Assembly (NCBI GenBank): GCA_021734405.1
Contig: JAIPJA010000002.1
Coordinates: forward strand, 1,145-65,144
Reading direction: 5' to 3'
Source: Minisyncoccota bacterium
GTDB taxonomy: Bacteria > Patescibacteriota > Patescibacteriia > Patescibacteriales > UBA12465
Length of the DNA: 64,000 nt
The position numbers and the translations under genes are program-made. Numbering within the stretch: the first letter of the stretch is position 1; the number at the start of each line of letters is the position of its first letter. The notes beneath the pieces were generated by a model that saw only the letters and a program-made list of their open reading frames with translations, was not told the origin of the DNA and did no database searches. Below, piece after piece: positions 1 through 10,602 of this stretch.

Positions 1-1473
1 TTAATTTTAGGCGTAATATTCTTTTTATCAGCCATGATAACAGGCATGTTTTCGCTGTGGAAAGGTAAAAATGATGATTGGTTGGTAGGTTCTTATAGTT
101 ATGATTATTTGCCAAAATTGGTGTTTATAAAAAGCTTTTTAAATGGTCTTTGGCCTCTGTTAATAATCGCCATTCCCATGGTTTTAGCTTTAAATGCAGT
201 TTTTTATTTATCTGTTTTTAGCATGCTAATAATATTAGTATTTTATGTGCTATATTTATTATTTGTTTCCGCTCTAACTTTGCTGTTTATTTTAGCAGTG
301 GCTAGGCTATATCTGGCTTTGAGCAGGGAAATAAAAGGGCTTAAATTTAATTTTAAAATTTACTTTATTATTTTAACTGTATTAGTTTTAGCTTTAGCTT
401 ATTGTGTTTGGTCTAGTGCTTTATCTTTAGATGTAGTAGAACTTTTTCAAGCTAGTGATACTAGTGTGTCTTCAGTTAACTTATCAGTGATAGTTAACAA
501 TTTTATTTATCTGCCTTCACATATTATAGCCATGGGTATTTTTTATACTCAAACAGCCGTAACTGGAGCTTTAAGCTTATATTTAGTCATTACTTTAGCT
601 TTAAGTTTTTTAAGTGTGTATTTGTGGTTTAAATTATCAAAACTGTATTTATTGCCTTGGCAAAAATTAAAGGAGGGGAAAGGTTTTGAAGCTGGTAAAA
701 AAAATCAGTCTAAGCTTAAAGTTTCTGGGTTTAAATTTTCTGGCTCTGTCTCTGGAGCTTTATTTAAAAGAGAATTATTAGTTTATATTAGAAATCCTAA
801 AAATTTAACTTGGTTTGGTTTTTTGCTGTTTATTTGGCTAATACAGGTAGCAATTAACTATATGTTGGCTAATACTTTGAATATAAATGATATTAGTCCC
901 AACATTAAAGATACGGCTTTTCAAGCTTTATCTTTTGTGGTAGCAATTTATTTTATTTCTGCTTTTGTCCTGCGTTTTGTTTTTCCAGCTTTTAGCTCTG
1001 AGCGAAAAACTTTTTGGCTACTAAAAAGCGCACCTATTGACTACAAGAAGATATATTATATGAAGTATTTATTTTTTGCTGTTTTCTTTGTAATCTTTGG
1101 TCTAGCCTTGCAATATTTAAGTCTTGATATGTTAAATTTAACTTGGGTTAGTTTGTGGCAATCACTTTCCATGTTTTTTGTTTCTATACTTTTTATAACA
1201 GCCCTTGGCTTATCTGTAGGAGCTCTTTTCCCTAATTACGAGACCGATGATCCTTATGTTATGAGTACTAGTTTGCCAGGCATTTTTTTGCTTATAGGCT
1301 CTCTAATTTATGGTTCTTTAGCAGCTTTCTTAATTTATTCTTACCAAAACACTTTAAATGATTGGCCCATATATGCTTTTATAATTATATCTTGTGCTTT
1401 AATTTTAGCTTTATTAATATTTACTCCTAAGTTTTTGATTAATAAAAAAAGCTCTAGAAAATTAATCAGTTAA
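1..1473 (+). CDS. Putative ABC transporter permease (5' truncated by window edge)
   Basis: Frame is open from position 1; many TM segments; 'PAFSSERKTFWLLKSAP' resembles ABC-2-type permease motifs. Confidence 0.65.
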   Translation, partial: LILGVIFFLSAMITGMFSLWKGKNDDWLVGSYSYDYLPKLVFIKSFLNGLWPLLIIAIPMVLALNAVFYLSVFSMLIILVFYVLYLLFVSALTLLFILAVARLYLALSREIKGLKFNFKIYFIILTVLVLALAYCVWSSALSLDVVELFQASDTSVSSVNLSVIVNNFIYLPSHIIAMGIFYTQTAVTGALSLYLVITLALSFLSVYLWFKLSKLYLLPWQKLKEGKGFEAGKKNQSKLKVSGFKFSGSVSGALFKRELLVYIRNPKNLTWFGFLLFIWLIQVAINYMLANTLNINDISPNIKDTAFQALSFVVAIYFISAFVLRFVFPAFSSERKTFWLLKSAPIDYKKIYYMKYLFFAVFFVIFGLALQYLSLDMLNLTWVSLWQSLSMFFVSILFITALGLSVGALFPNYETDDPYVMSTSLPGIFLLIGSLIYGSLAAFLIYSYQNTLNDWPIYAFIIISCALILALLIFTPKFLINKKSSRKLIS

Positions 1474-1542
1474 TTTTTAAAATAGCTCGGTTTTGGTAGC
1501 TTAAATAGAGTTTTTAGGTATAAAAAAGTTGCCTTTTTAGAC

Positions 1543-1571
1543 TTGACAATCGTCTATTATTCGTCTATAAT
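1543..1571 (+). promoter_or_regulatory. Sigma70 promoter of fic gene (likely leaderless)
   Basis: TTGACA-17 bp-TATAAT ending 8 nt before ATG 1580; overlaps tandem TCGTCTAT repeats. Confidence 0.8.
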
Positions 1572-1579
1572 ATGTATAT

Positions 1580-2608
1580 ATGTTTAATCCAAAATATACA
1601 ATTTCCCATAGATTATTAGGTAATATAAAAAGAATTGCTGGACTTGTTTCTGATTTAAATCATCGTAGTTTTTCGAATATAATTTTAACTGAGTTAGAGA
1701 TAAGAGCTAGGGAAATATCAGTTTTTTCTTCCACTAGTATTGAGGGTAACCCTTTGCCTTTAACAGAGGTGAAAAGAATTTTAAAAAATAAACCTGATAA
1801 TATTCGTGATAGTGAAAAAGAAGTTTTAAATTATAATCAAGCTTTAACGGAATTAAATTTTTTAATTAAAAAAAATAGAATTAACTTTGATGCAAAATTA
1901 ATTTTAAAAATTCAAAAACTTATTACCGAAGGTTTAATTGAAAAACATCGTTGTGGTCAAACTAGGCAAGAGCCAGTATTTGTTAATAATCCAAAAACTC
2001 GTCAAGTTGTTTATTTGCCACCTGATCAAAAGGAGGTTTTGCCTTTATTAAATGAATTAATTCATTATTTGAATGAAAATAAAAACAAAGTTGACTCTTT
2101 AATTTTAGCAGGTATTTTTCATAAACAGTTTGTTATAATTCATCCTTTTGTTGATGGTAATGGACGCACTGCTCGTTTAGCAACTAAAATGTTATTAGCC
2201 CAAATGGGTTTAAATACTTTTAATCTTTTCAGTTTCGAAAATTATTATAATCAAAATATTAGTAAGTATTTTCAAGAAGTTGGTGTTTTCGGTAACTATT
2301 ATGATATAAAAGATGAAATTAATTTTACTTCTTGGTTAGAATATTTTAGTGATGGTATTATCGATGAACTGCTTCGTGTTGGTAAAGAATTGGATAGACA
2401 GGCTATTTCACCTAAGACTGAATTAAAAGAGCATCATCAACAAATTATTAATTACATTAAGAAACGAGGATATATTACTGATAGACAGTATTCTCAATTA
2501 ACTACTAGAGCTAAGCCGACTAGAAATTTAGATTTTAGAAAATTAATAGATTTGAAAATAATTGAAAAGCTGGGACAGGGAAAGGCAACTTATTATAAGT
2601 TGAGGTAA
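1580..2608 (+). CDS. Fic family protein with C-terminal wHTH
   Basis: HPFVDGNGRTAR Fic motif; N-terminal STSIEGN inhibitory motif; C-terminal wHTH-like 'GQGKATYY'. Confidence 0.92.
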   Translation: MFNPKYTISHRLLGNIKRIAGLVSDLNHRSFSNIILTELEIRAREISVFSSTSIEGNPLPLTEVKRILKNKPDNIRDSEKEVLNYNQALTELNFLIKKNRINFDAKLILKIQKLITEGLIEKHRCGQTRQEPVFVNNPKTRQVVYLPPDQKEVLPLLNELIHYLNENKNKVDSLILAGIFHKQFVIIHPFVDGNGRTARLATKMLLAQMGLNTFNLFSFENYYNQNISKYFQEVGVFGNYYDIKDEINFTSWLEYFSDGIIDELLRVGKELDRQAISPKTELKEHHQQIINYIKKRGYITDRQYSQLTTRAKPTRNLDFRKLIDLKIIEKLGQGKATYYKLR

Positions 2609-2659
2609 TTTTGATTATAGAATTTTTTTATTTTATATTTTTACAATCAATCTTAGTGG

Positions 2660-4795
2660 TTATTTACTGACTTTATATAATCTCAAACTATTGGCAACCA
2701 CAGATACGCTAGAGAGACTCATAGCCACAGCAGCTATCATCGGGCTAACTAAACCAAAGATGGCTAAAGGAATGGTTATGATATTATAGATAAAAGCCCA
2801 GAATAGATTTTGTTTAATTATTTTGAAAGTTTTTTTAGATAATTTAATAGCGGAATATATTTTTTCTACTTGGCTGTTTATGATAATTATTTGTCCCGAC
2901 TCCTTAGCAATATCTGTCCCAGAGCCCATAGCAATACCTAGGTCGGCTTTAACTAAAGCTGGGGCATCATTTATGCCATCACCAATAAAGATAATTTTTT
3001 TACCTTGACTTTGTAAGTCACTGATGACTTGAAGTTTTTCTGCTGGCATTAATTCAGCTTTAAAATCATTTAACTTTAATTTATTAGCCACTTCTTGAGT
3101 GGCACTTTTATTGTCCCCACTTAGAAGTAGGGTTTTAAGTCCTAGACCTTTAATTTTCTCTATAGTTTCTTGAGCTTTTCCTTTAATTTCATCTTTTAAA
3201 GTGATAGCACCGATTATTTTTTTATCCTGAGCTACAAAAAGAATATTTTTTCCGGTTTCTGTTTCTTCAATTTCTTTTAGCCACTCATCGCTGATATTGT
3301 GCTTAGCCATTAATTTTTTATTACCAAGATACAGGGTGTTTTTATGATCTTGGCATTGACCAAAGATGCCTAAGCCTGGCTCTTCTTTAAAGTTAATAAT
3401 ACTAGCCAGGGGCAGAGTTGTTTCAGCTTGATAATTACTTAAAGCTTGAGAAAGCGGGTGATTGGAGTTTATAGCTAAAGACTGTGCAATTTTTAATATT
3501 TGATTTTTATCTATATTAGAGTCAAAATGGCTTAATATTTTTTGTACACTAATTTTACCAGTAGTTAAAGTCCCGGTTTTATCAAAGATAACAGTGTCTA
3601 TATTTTTAGCTAATTCAAAACTCTCTCCATTTTTTATCAGTATCCCTTGTTTAGCGCCTATGCCGGTTCCTACCATAATAGCTAAAGGCGTAGCTAGACC
3701 TAAAGCACAAGGGCAGGCAATGACTAAAATAGTTACTGCTCTGATAATAGCCATAGAAATTGAGCCACTAACAAAAAATAAACTTATAGCTGTGATTAGA
3801 GCTATAGCAATGATAATTGGTACAAAAACAGAGGATATTTTATCAGCTAGTTTTTGCATGGGTGCTTTAAATTTCTGAGTTTCTTCAACCACTTTAATTA
3901 TTTGGGATAAAGTTGAGTCTTGGCTATTTTTGCTTACCTCTATAGACAAAGTACCATCAAGATTAATAGTAGCGCCAAAAACCTTTTTCCCAGGCTCTAA
4001 ATTTAAAGGTAAACTTTCTCCAGTTAACATAGACTGATCGACTGTGCTAGTTCCAGAAATTACTTTACCATCTAGGGGAATTTTTTCTCCAGGTTTAACT
4101 AGTATAATTTGTCCTACTTTTACTTCTTCAATTTTTACATCTTTAGATTTATCTCCCTCTATAACTCGAGCAGTCTCAGCTTTTAATTCCAGTAGTTTTT
4201 TAATAGCTTGAGAGGCTTTTTGTTTACCTCTACTTTCTAAGTATTTGCCCAGAAGTATTAAAGTGGTAATAGTGGCAGCACTTTCAAAATATAGGTGTTG
4301 ATTATTTAAAAGAGCCCAAAGACTAAAGAAGTAGGCTGAAAGTGTTCCTAGAGAAATTAGGGTATCCATATTGGTTTGTCCTTTTTTAATTAAAAGGAAA
4401 GCGTTTTTATGGAAATTATAGCCTAAGATAAAAACGACTATAAAGCTAAGATGATGTTGTAGCCAAGGATTCATTTCTAAGCCAAACATAATTAATAACA
4501 AGGGCAGGGTAAGGATAGTTGCTAAACTAACCCTTATGAGCGACCAGTTATTTTCTTTTTTGCTTTTATTATTTTCTTCATCCTCTTCACTGATAACTTG
4601 GTAGCCGACTTTTTTCACACTTTGTTTCAACTTATCTAAATCTATTTTTTCAGGATTATACTTTAAGCTAGCTTTTTCACTAGCATAATTTACAGATACG
4701 TCTTTTACGCCATCTAGCTGGCTGAGACTTTTTTCAATATTGAAAGCACAACTACTACAGTGCATACCAGCAATTTTTAAATTTATTTCTTTCAT
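2660..4795 (-). CDS. copA: Cu(I)-translocating P1B-type ATPase
   Basis: GMHCSSC HMA domain, TGES, CPC, DKTGT, GDGIND, YN and MxxSS motifs. Confidence 0.95.
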   Translation of the reverse strand: MKEINLKIAGMHCSSCAFNIEKSLSQLDGVKDVSVNYASEKASLKYNPEKIDLDKLKQSVKKVGYQVISEEDEENNKSKKENNWSLIRVSLATILTLPLLLIMFGLEMNPWLQHHLSFIVVFILGYNFHKNAFLLIKKGQTNMDTLISLGTLSAYFFSLWALLNNQHLYFESAATITTLILLGKYLESRGKQKASQAIKKLLELKAETARVIEGDKSKDVKIEEVKVGQIILVKPGEKIPLDGKVISGTSTVDQSMLTGESLPLNLEPGKKVFGATINLDGTLSIEVSKNSQDSTLSQIIKVVEETQKFKAPMQKLADKISSVFVPIIIAIALITAISLFFVSGSISMAIIRAVTILVIACPCALGLATPLAIMVGTGIGAKQGILIKNGESFELAKNIDTVIFDKTGTLTTGKISVQKILSHFDSNIDKNQILKIAQSLAINSNHPLSQALSNYQAETTLPLASIINFKEEPGLGIFGQCQDHKNTLYLGNKKLMAKHNISDEWLKEIEETETGKNILFVAQDKKIIGAITLKDEIKGKAQETIEKIKGLGLKTLLLSGDNKSATQEVANKLKLNDFKAELMPAEKLQVISDLQSQGKKIIFIGDGINDAPALVKADLGIAMGSGTDIAKESGQIIIINSQVEKIYSAIKLSKKTFKIIKQNLFWAFIYNIITIPLAIFGLVSPMIAAVAMSLSSVSVVANSLRLYKVSK

Positions 4796-4899
4796 ATATA
4801 AAGTGATTATTTGTGTATTAGTTTTTCCGCTTTTTATCTGAGATTTTTTAAATCTATAGCTAATTAGCTAATTTATTTAAGTTTTAACAACTGCAATTT

Positions 4900-6228
4900 T
4901 TAACTTTTAGCTTCAACAATAAATTTTCCCCTGATCATACCCATCCAACAACTAAAATTAATAGTGCCTTCTTTGTTAGGGGTGAATTTTACTATGTTTG
5001 TGCCTTGGGTAAGTTTTTTTCTAATTCCCATACTAGGAACAATAATTTCATTATTACAACCAGTAATTTGTTGACCATTAATAATCCATTTTACTGGTAC
5101 GCCTGACTTTAATTTAATTACGCTGGGAGTATAGCCTCTATAATCAACAATCATATTTACTACCTGCTCATCTTGTGTCTCTTTAGCCTCTACCTTAGCT
5201 TGAGAGCTTAAATTAATATTTACACCTTGCACAGCTAGAGCACTGCTTAAGGTGTAGAGGGCGAAAATAATTATAGCTAGTCCAGCTACTTTCTTAAATA
5301 AGTTTGATTTAATACGCTTAAAACGATTGCTAGCAATGCCTACACCCATTAAAACTGGCAAGGTGCCCAGAGCAAACATAGTCATAATTAAAGCTCCAGA
5401 AATAAAGGAGCCACTAGCCATGGCAAAAATTTGCATTGATTGAGTAAAGCCACAAGGAAGAAAAAAGCTCAGTGCGCCTAAACCTAAAGGTGTCCAGGCT
5501 TTATCTGAGTTTTTTAGCTTTTGCCATTTACGTCCCACCTTTTTATTTAAACCGCCTTTAAAAAGATTAATGGCTGGAGCTAGGTTTAATATATCTAAGG
5601 CTAACCAAATAAGTATTAAAGCGACAATTATTGAAACCCAAGACATGAAAGTAGCAGAGATAGTAAACAAACTGCCAATTACACCCAAGAGTCCCCCTAA
5701 AAGGAAAAAAGCTAGAAGTCTGCCTAAATGAAAAAGACCGTGAGGTTTAATACTACTTTGATAGAAATTACCTTTATTTTCATATTTAGCACTAAAGCTA
5801 ATAACTACAGCCCCTACTACCATTAAACAAGTGCTAAGTGAAGCCACTATTCCTACTATTAGAGCCATGCCATAACTTAAATTTTCTCCAATTATTACTT
5901 CAGGTATTATATTAGTCACAGAGAGAAGTCTGTATAGAAGGTATAGGCTGGTTAAAATTAAAAGAGTGAGCCCCCATTGTTTAAGGTTAATTTTCTGGTT
6001 AGCTTTGACTGGTTTTTTATTATTATCAATTTCATAGCCTAACTTTTCAATAACAGCTTTTATTTTTTTGGAATTTATTTTAGAGCTATCATATTTAGCC
6101 GTACATTGACCCGTTTTGTAGTCTACTCTAATATCCTTAATACCTGCTAGTATTTCTACTTCAGATTCAATTAAGGTTTTACAGCTAATACAGCTAGTAC
6201 CTTTGATTTTAAAGCTTATTTTTTCCAT
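4900..6228 (-). CDS. HMA + DsbD_2/TauE-like + cupredoxin domain membrane protein
   Basis: N-terminal CISC; STC and LPCG TM motifs; C-terminal 'FSCWMGMIRG'; lies in the copper operon. Confidence 0.85.
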   Translation of the reverse strand: MEKISFKIKGTSCISCKTLIESEVEILAGIKDIRVDYKTGQCTAKYDSSKINSKKIKAVIEKLGYEIDNNKKPVKANQKINLKQWGLTLLILTSLYLLYRLLSVTNIIPEVIIGENLSYGMALIVGIVASLSTCLMVVGAVVISFSAKYENKGNFYQSSIKPHGLFHLGRLLAFFLLGGLLGVIGSLFTISATFMSWVSIIVALILIWLALDILNLAPAINLFKGGLNKKVGRKWQKLKNSDKAWTPLGLGALSFFLPCGFTQSMQIFAMASGSFISGALIMTMFALGTLPVLMGVGIASNRFKRIKSNLFKKVAGLAIIIFALYTLSSALAVQGVNINLSSQAKVEAKETQDEQVVNMIVDYRGYTPSVIKLKSGVPVKWIINGQQITGCNNEIIVPSMGIRKKLTQGTNIVKFTPNKEGTINFSCWMGMIRGKFIVEAKS

Positions 6229-6262
6229 ATATTTAAAAAGACTTTAGTATAAATTATTAATT

Positions 6263-6544
6263 TTATTTATTATATAACTTGGTGACTTGTAAAATTTCTT
6301 TAGTCATTTTATCTTTTTGTTTTTCATTACTGCTTTTCATGGCTCTGGAAAAACAAGTTTTTATGTGATTTTCCATGAGTTGAGCATGGGCGGATTTTAG
6401 AAGTCCTAGGGCAGCTAAGTTTTGTTGCATAACATCAATACAGTAATCTTGTCTTTCCATCATCTCTGTTATTTTATAAATTAAGGAATGGGCCTTTTTA
6501 AGAGTAGTAAGGGTTTTTTTATACTCTAAACTATTTTTGTTCAT
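6263..6544 (-). CDS. csoR: CsoR/RcnR family metal-sensing repressor
   Basis: 'YCIDVMQQ...HIKTC' C-H-C ligand pattern; first gene of the copA operon. Confidence 0.85.
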   Translation of the reverse strand: MNKNSLEYKKTLTTLKKAHSLIYKITEMMERQDYCIDVMQQNLAALGLLKSAHAQLMENHIKTCFSRAMKSSNEKQKDKMTKEILQVTKLYNK

Positions 6545-6585
6545 ATTTTTTAGATAAGTATTTTTTAATATAAATTATATATTTA

Positions 6586-6604
6586 ATACCTGGGGGGTAG
6601 GTAT
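6586..6604. promoter_or_regulatory. Putative CsoR operator
   Basis: ATACCT-GGGGGGT-AGGTAT inverted repeat with G tract just upstream of csoR. Confidence 0.7.
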
Positions 6605-6703
6605 ATATAATTTAGCATTTATTTTAAAAGCTAGCAAATTAAATGGAAATATTTGCTATAATTTGCTAAAATACAAAAGTATTATTTAGTAATATATTTT
6701 CTT

Positions 6704-7771
6704 ATGTTTTATACAGTAGTTTCTTTTATGCTTTTATTTCTATTTATAGCCTTGGGCATCTTTTTAGCAGGGAACTTAATAATTACAGCTTTTTCCCTGG
6801 TTTCCAGAAATAAAAAGCTTTTTGTTTATTTATTAGTTTGCCTAAGTGTTTTTTTCTTTATTATTAGCTTGCCTTTAATAAATACTTATTCTAGTACTTT
6901 AGCTATTTTATTTCACATAATTGCAGCGCTCCTTCTGGGCTTAAGTTCTCAGTTAATGCTTTTTGGCTTGTTATTTTATCTTATAAGTTTTTTTAAATTT
7001 AAAAAGAAACTTCTAGCTAAAATTGCTTTAGGTTTATCTTTAATATTTTTCCTTTTAGGGCTATATAATGCTTTTTATCCTAGAGTTAAAACTATTGTTT
7101 TAGATGATTGGCTAAAGGAGAATAAGGTGGTGCATTTATCAGATTTACATTTAGGTTATTTTCACGGTGTTAAATATTTAGATCGTGTAGTTAAAAAAGT
7201 TAATAGTTTAGAAGCTGATGTTGTAATTATCAGTGGTGATTTATTTGATGGTAATGATAAAGATATAGCTAAATTTATAGAGTCTTTAAGTAAATTTAAA
7301 AATCCAACTATTTTTGTCTATGGTAACCATGATGTTTATTTATCTGATGAGTCGGTAGGCTCAGTTATTTCTCAAGCAGGCTTAATGGCTTTAAGCGATG
7401 AGGCTAGGGTAATAAATGATTTAGAGATTATAGGCTTTGACTATTTAAGTCGTGAAGATAGTAATATTAGAAGAAAAATTGATAATTTATTAGTAGAAAA
7501 AACCTATCCTCGCATAGTAGTTAATCATGTTCCAGTTGATAGAGCTGAGGCCAAAGCTTTAGAGGCTAATTTAATGTTGTCTGGCCATGCCCATAGAGGG
7601 CAAATTTTTCCACTTTCGCTGATTGTTAGGCTTATGTATGGCAAGTATTCATATGGGCTAGAAAATTATGAAGGTATGTCAACTTACACTAGTGCCGGTA
7701 CAGGCACTTGGGGGCCGCCTCTTAGAACTTTATTTCCTGGAGAGATTATTTTCTTTCAGGGAATTAAATAA
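6704..7771 (+). CDS. Membrane-anchored metallophosphoesterase (YkuE-like)
   Basis: DLH, GD, GNHD, GHAH motifs; N-terminal TMs. Confidence 0.9.
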   Translation: MFYTVVSFMLLFLFIALGIFLAGNLIITAFSLVSRNKKLFVYLLVCLSVFFFIISLPLINTYSSTLAILFHIIAALLLGLSSQLMLFGLLFYLISFFKFKKKLLAKIALGLSLIFFLLGLYNAFYPRVKTIVLDDWLKENKVVHLSDLHLGYFHGVKYLDRVVKKVNSLEADVVIISGDLFDGNDKDIAKFIESLSKFKNPTIFVYGNHDVYLSDESVGSVISQAGLMALSDEARVINDLEIIGFDYLSREDSNIRRKIDNLLVEKTYPRIVVNHVPVDRAEAKALEANLMLSGHAHRGQIFPLSLIVRLMYGKYSYGLENYEGMSTYTSAGTGTWGPPLRTLFPGEIIFFQGIK

Positions 7772-7844
7772 ATAGTTAAAATTAGTGATCTTGTAACATT
7801 TTTCTGGTTTTAACGAATACTACTGTAGAGGATAACTTAAAAAT

Positions 7845-7970
7845 ATGATGCATAGATTTGAAACAATTAATTTAATTTCTGGGGATAAAATGTATATCCC
7901 TGCTTTTGTTGTGGCCAAGTTTAGTTGGGCCAGGAAAAAATTAATTGTTTTAAATAGTTTATATGATTAA
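7845..7970 (+). CDS. Possible 41-aa small ORF
   Basis: ATG..TAA (MMHRFETINLISGDK...) downstream of an ECF-like promoter motif; no homology recognised. Confidence 0.2.
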   Translation: MMHRFETINLISGDKMYIPAFVVAKFSWARKKLIVLNSLYD

Positions 7971-8014
7971 GGATTAAATCATTTCAAAGAATAAATAATA
8001 ATTAAACAATATTT

Positions 8015-8042
8015 TTCCCGGCTTAACTAGTCGGGATTTTTT
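8015..8042 (+). terminator. Hairpin/terminator upstream of MFS gene
   Basis: TCCCGGCT-TAACT-AGTCGGGA followed by T run. Confidence 0.55.
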
Positions 8043-8077
8043 GTTCTTTGAAATATTAACCTTAAAAAATAAATGTT

Positions 8078-9310
8078 ATGGCTAGAAAAATTTTATTTAA
8101 GTACTTTATTGGCGCTCTATGGCTATCTTTTAGCAACTCCTTTTCCTTTGCTGTTTATCAATTATTTCTTTATTCCTTTGACCTGTCTTTATTGCAAATA
8201 AATTTAGTTAACCTAGCTTTTATGATTTCAGTTTTTTTATTGGAAATTCCTACTGGAGCTTTTGCTGATAGTTTTGGTCGAGGTAAGTCTGTAGCTTTAG
8301 GTGCTTTTATAACAGCTTTAGGGTTTACCATTTATTTTCTCTCTGGAATCTTCTATCTATTTTTATTGGCTGAAATAGTTGTAGCTTTAGGTGTTTGTTT
8401 TATGTCTGGGGCCATGGAGGCCTGGATGGTAGATACCCTAAGAGATTCAGGTTGGAATAAAGATTTGCGTCCTATTTACCAGAAGGAAGCCGGTTTTAAC
8501 TTAATAGGGATAATGTCAGGAGCTTCTTTAGGGGCTTGGGCTGGTAATTCAGATTTATCTTTGCCTTGGCTTTTAACAGCTATAGGTATGATGATTTTCG
8601 CTTTTTATAGCTATTTTGTTTTTAAAGATCAAAGTTCTAAATCTAAAAAGATAAGTTTAAGCTTGGCTCCAATTAAGAAAGTTGCTAAAGAGAGCTTGCA
8701 TTACGGCTTTAGGCACAAAGAAATTTTTTCAGTAATTGTTTTTAGCTCAATTTTAACTATTAGTTTCCAAGCTTTTAATATGCAATGGAACTTATTGCTT
8801 TCCACTCACAATGTAGAAGTTTTTAAAATGGGCTGGATTTTTGCTGGTATTAGCTTAGCTTTGTATTTAGGCTCACAAGTCGCTGTGTTTTTAGCTAAAC
8901 CCTTTAAGTCAGAGAAGCTATCAATAGTTTTTCTGCAACTCATCACGGCTTTAGCTATGATTTTGGCAGCTTCTTTTGCTAGTTTGTTGGGAATTTTAAG
9001 TTTTTTCCTTTTACATGAATTTGGTTGAGGAATTATTAGACCACTGAAAAGAGCTTATTTAAATGATCGTATTGAGGGTAATAAGCGGGCCACAGTTTTG
9101 TCTTTTGACTCTATGATGGTTAAACTGGGGGCAGGTATAGGCCTTATAGCTTCAGGAGTCTTGGCTGATATAAGTTCTATTTCTACCACTTGGTTGGCTT
9201 CAGGCGTTGTGGCTCTAATTGCAGTTGTTTGGTTTTCTGGGCAAGAGTTAAAGGTTATAAAAAAAGAAAATTTAAAGTTAAGGAACAAAGCCTTGTCTTT
9301 AAAAAGCTAA
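8078..9310 (+). pseudogene. MFS transporter interrupted by in-frame TGA at 9026-9028
   Basis: MFS motif 'EIPTGAFADSFGRG'; reading frame continues after HEFG* (GIIRPLKRAYLN...RATVLSFDS) to TAA 9310. Confidence 0.8.
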
Positions 9311-9325
9311 AATAAATGGTTTATG

Positions 9326-9356
9326 AAGCAACTTTTAATAAGTTGCTTCTTTTTTT
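9326..9356 (+). terminator. Intrinsic terminator
   Basis: GAAGCAACTT/AAGTTGCTTC stem plus T run. Confidence 0.75.
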
Positions 9357-9418
9357 AAGCCATTTTTGCTATAATATATTTAGCTTAAATTAGATAATAT
9401 ATAATTAAAATTAATTTT

Positions 9419-10438
9419 ATGAAAATTAAAATGAACTTAAAAAAAGGCTTAGTTTTAAGTATAACTTTAGCTATGCTTTTTTCTGTTTTTAGCTATAGTG
9501 TTAGCGCTTCTACTGATAGTTCTGATTTAACTTTAATATTAGCTGAGGCTGAAGCTGATGAAAGTGATGATGTAAATTTAGATGACTTTACTGAAAGTGA
9601 ATTATTAGAACCAGAACCAAGTGATTTACCTGAAGTAAAGGAAGATGTAAATTTAACTAACCGTCTTAAGGGATCTTTACTTTTAGATGTAGAAGGCAAT
9701 GGTGAAGTATATTATGTTGACCCGGATAGTGAAGGTAAAGAGTATTTAGCAGATGGAGCTTCTGCTCATAGATTACTAGAGAGACGGGCCTTAGGTATAA
9801 ATGAAGTTAATTTTTCTAAATTAGAGTTAGGCAGTGAGGCTAATGAAACTAATGTTTGCGCGAATTCTGAGTTAGCCTCAAGACTTAAAGGTAAAATTGT
9901 TTTAAGAGTGGAAAGTCATGGTGAAGCTTATTGGATAAATCCTAATAATTGTCGCGCTTATTACACTGGTACTTATGAAGCTGCCTATAACTTAATGAAA
10001 AAGATGAGTTTAGGTATTAAAAAGGCTAATTTAGCTAAAATTAAAGATAATGTTAGACAAAAAGCTAAAACCGCTTTTAGACACTCAGTTTATGCTTATG
10101 CCGCTGAAAATGAGATTGATTTAAAACAAGCTAAAGATGAAGTTAAAAATGATTTAAAAGATATAAATGATTGTTTAAAGGTTAAACAAGCTTTAAATAA
10201 CCAGGCTTTAAGTGTTCAAAATCGTTTAATTTTAACTAAAGAATGTTCTCAAGGAAAAATTATTTCTTCTATTAATGAAGAAAAGAGAGAGAAAATAAAA
10301 GAAGCTATAGAAGCAGTTAGAAATAGTAATAGGGAGGCTATAGAAAGCGAAGGAGAGGAGTCAGTGGCAAGTAAGCCTAGTTTAGGGCAGATGATAAAAA
10401 ATATTATTAAACCAGGCACAGATTCTAATGTTCAATAG
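9419..10438 (+). CDS. Secreted protein with two internal repeats
   Basis: Signal peptide; repeat 'RLKGxxxLxVExxGExYxxxP' occurs twice. Confidence 0.7.
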   Translation: MKIKMNLKKGLVLSITLAMLFSVFSYSVSASTDSSDLTLILAEAEADESDDVNLDDFTESELLEPEPSDLPEVKEDVNLTNRLKGSLLLDVEGNGEVYYVDPDSEGKEYLADGASAHRLLERRALGINEVNFSKLELGSEANETNVCANSELASRLKGKIVLRVESHGEAYWINPNNCRAYYTGTYEAAYNLMKKMSLGIKKANLAKIKDNVRQKAKTAFRHSVYAYAAENEIDLKQAKDEVKNDLKDINDCLKVKQALNNQALSVQNRLILTKECSQGKIISSINEEKREKIKEAIEAVRNSNREAIESEGEESVASKPSLGQMIKNIIKPGTDSNVQ

Positions 10439-10473
10439 CATAAAAGATCTGATTATAAAGTGATAATATATAC

Positions 10474-10508
10474 AAAAGTGGAAGCAGTTAGTTTCCACTT
10501 TTATTTTT
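10474..10508 (+). terminator. Intrinsic terminator
   Basis: AAAAGTGGAAGC/GTTTCCACTTTT stem. Confidence 0.65.
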
Positions 10509-10602
10509 ACAAACTCATAATTTATATGCTATACTTTTAAAAGTTAAAATATTATTTGTAAATTAAGGCAGGTAAAGAAGCCTGTTTCCTTTTTTAAAAA
10601 TT

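Noticed and set aside
9026..9028. UGA recoding (genetic code 25) to explain the MFS internal stop
   Set aside because: TGA ends other genes here (dus 25900, rodA 54657, DUF3048 56462) and no other gene is interrupted
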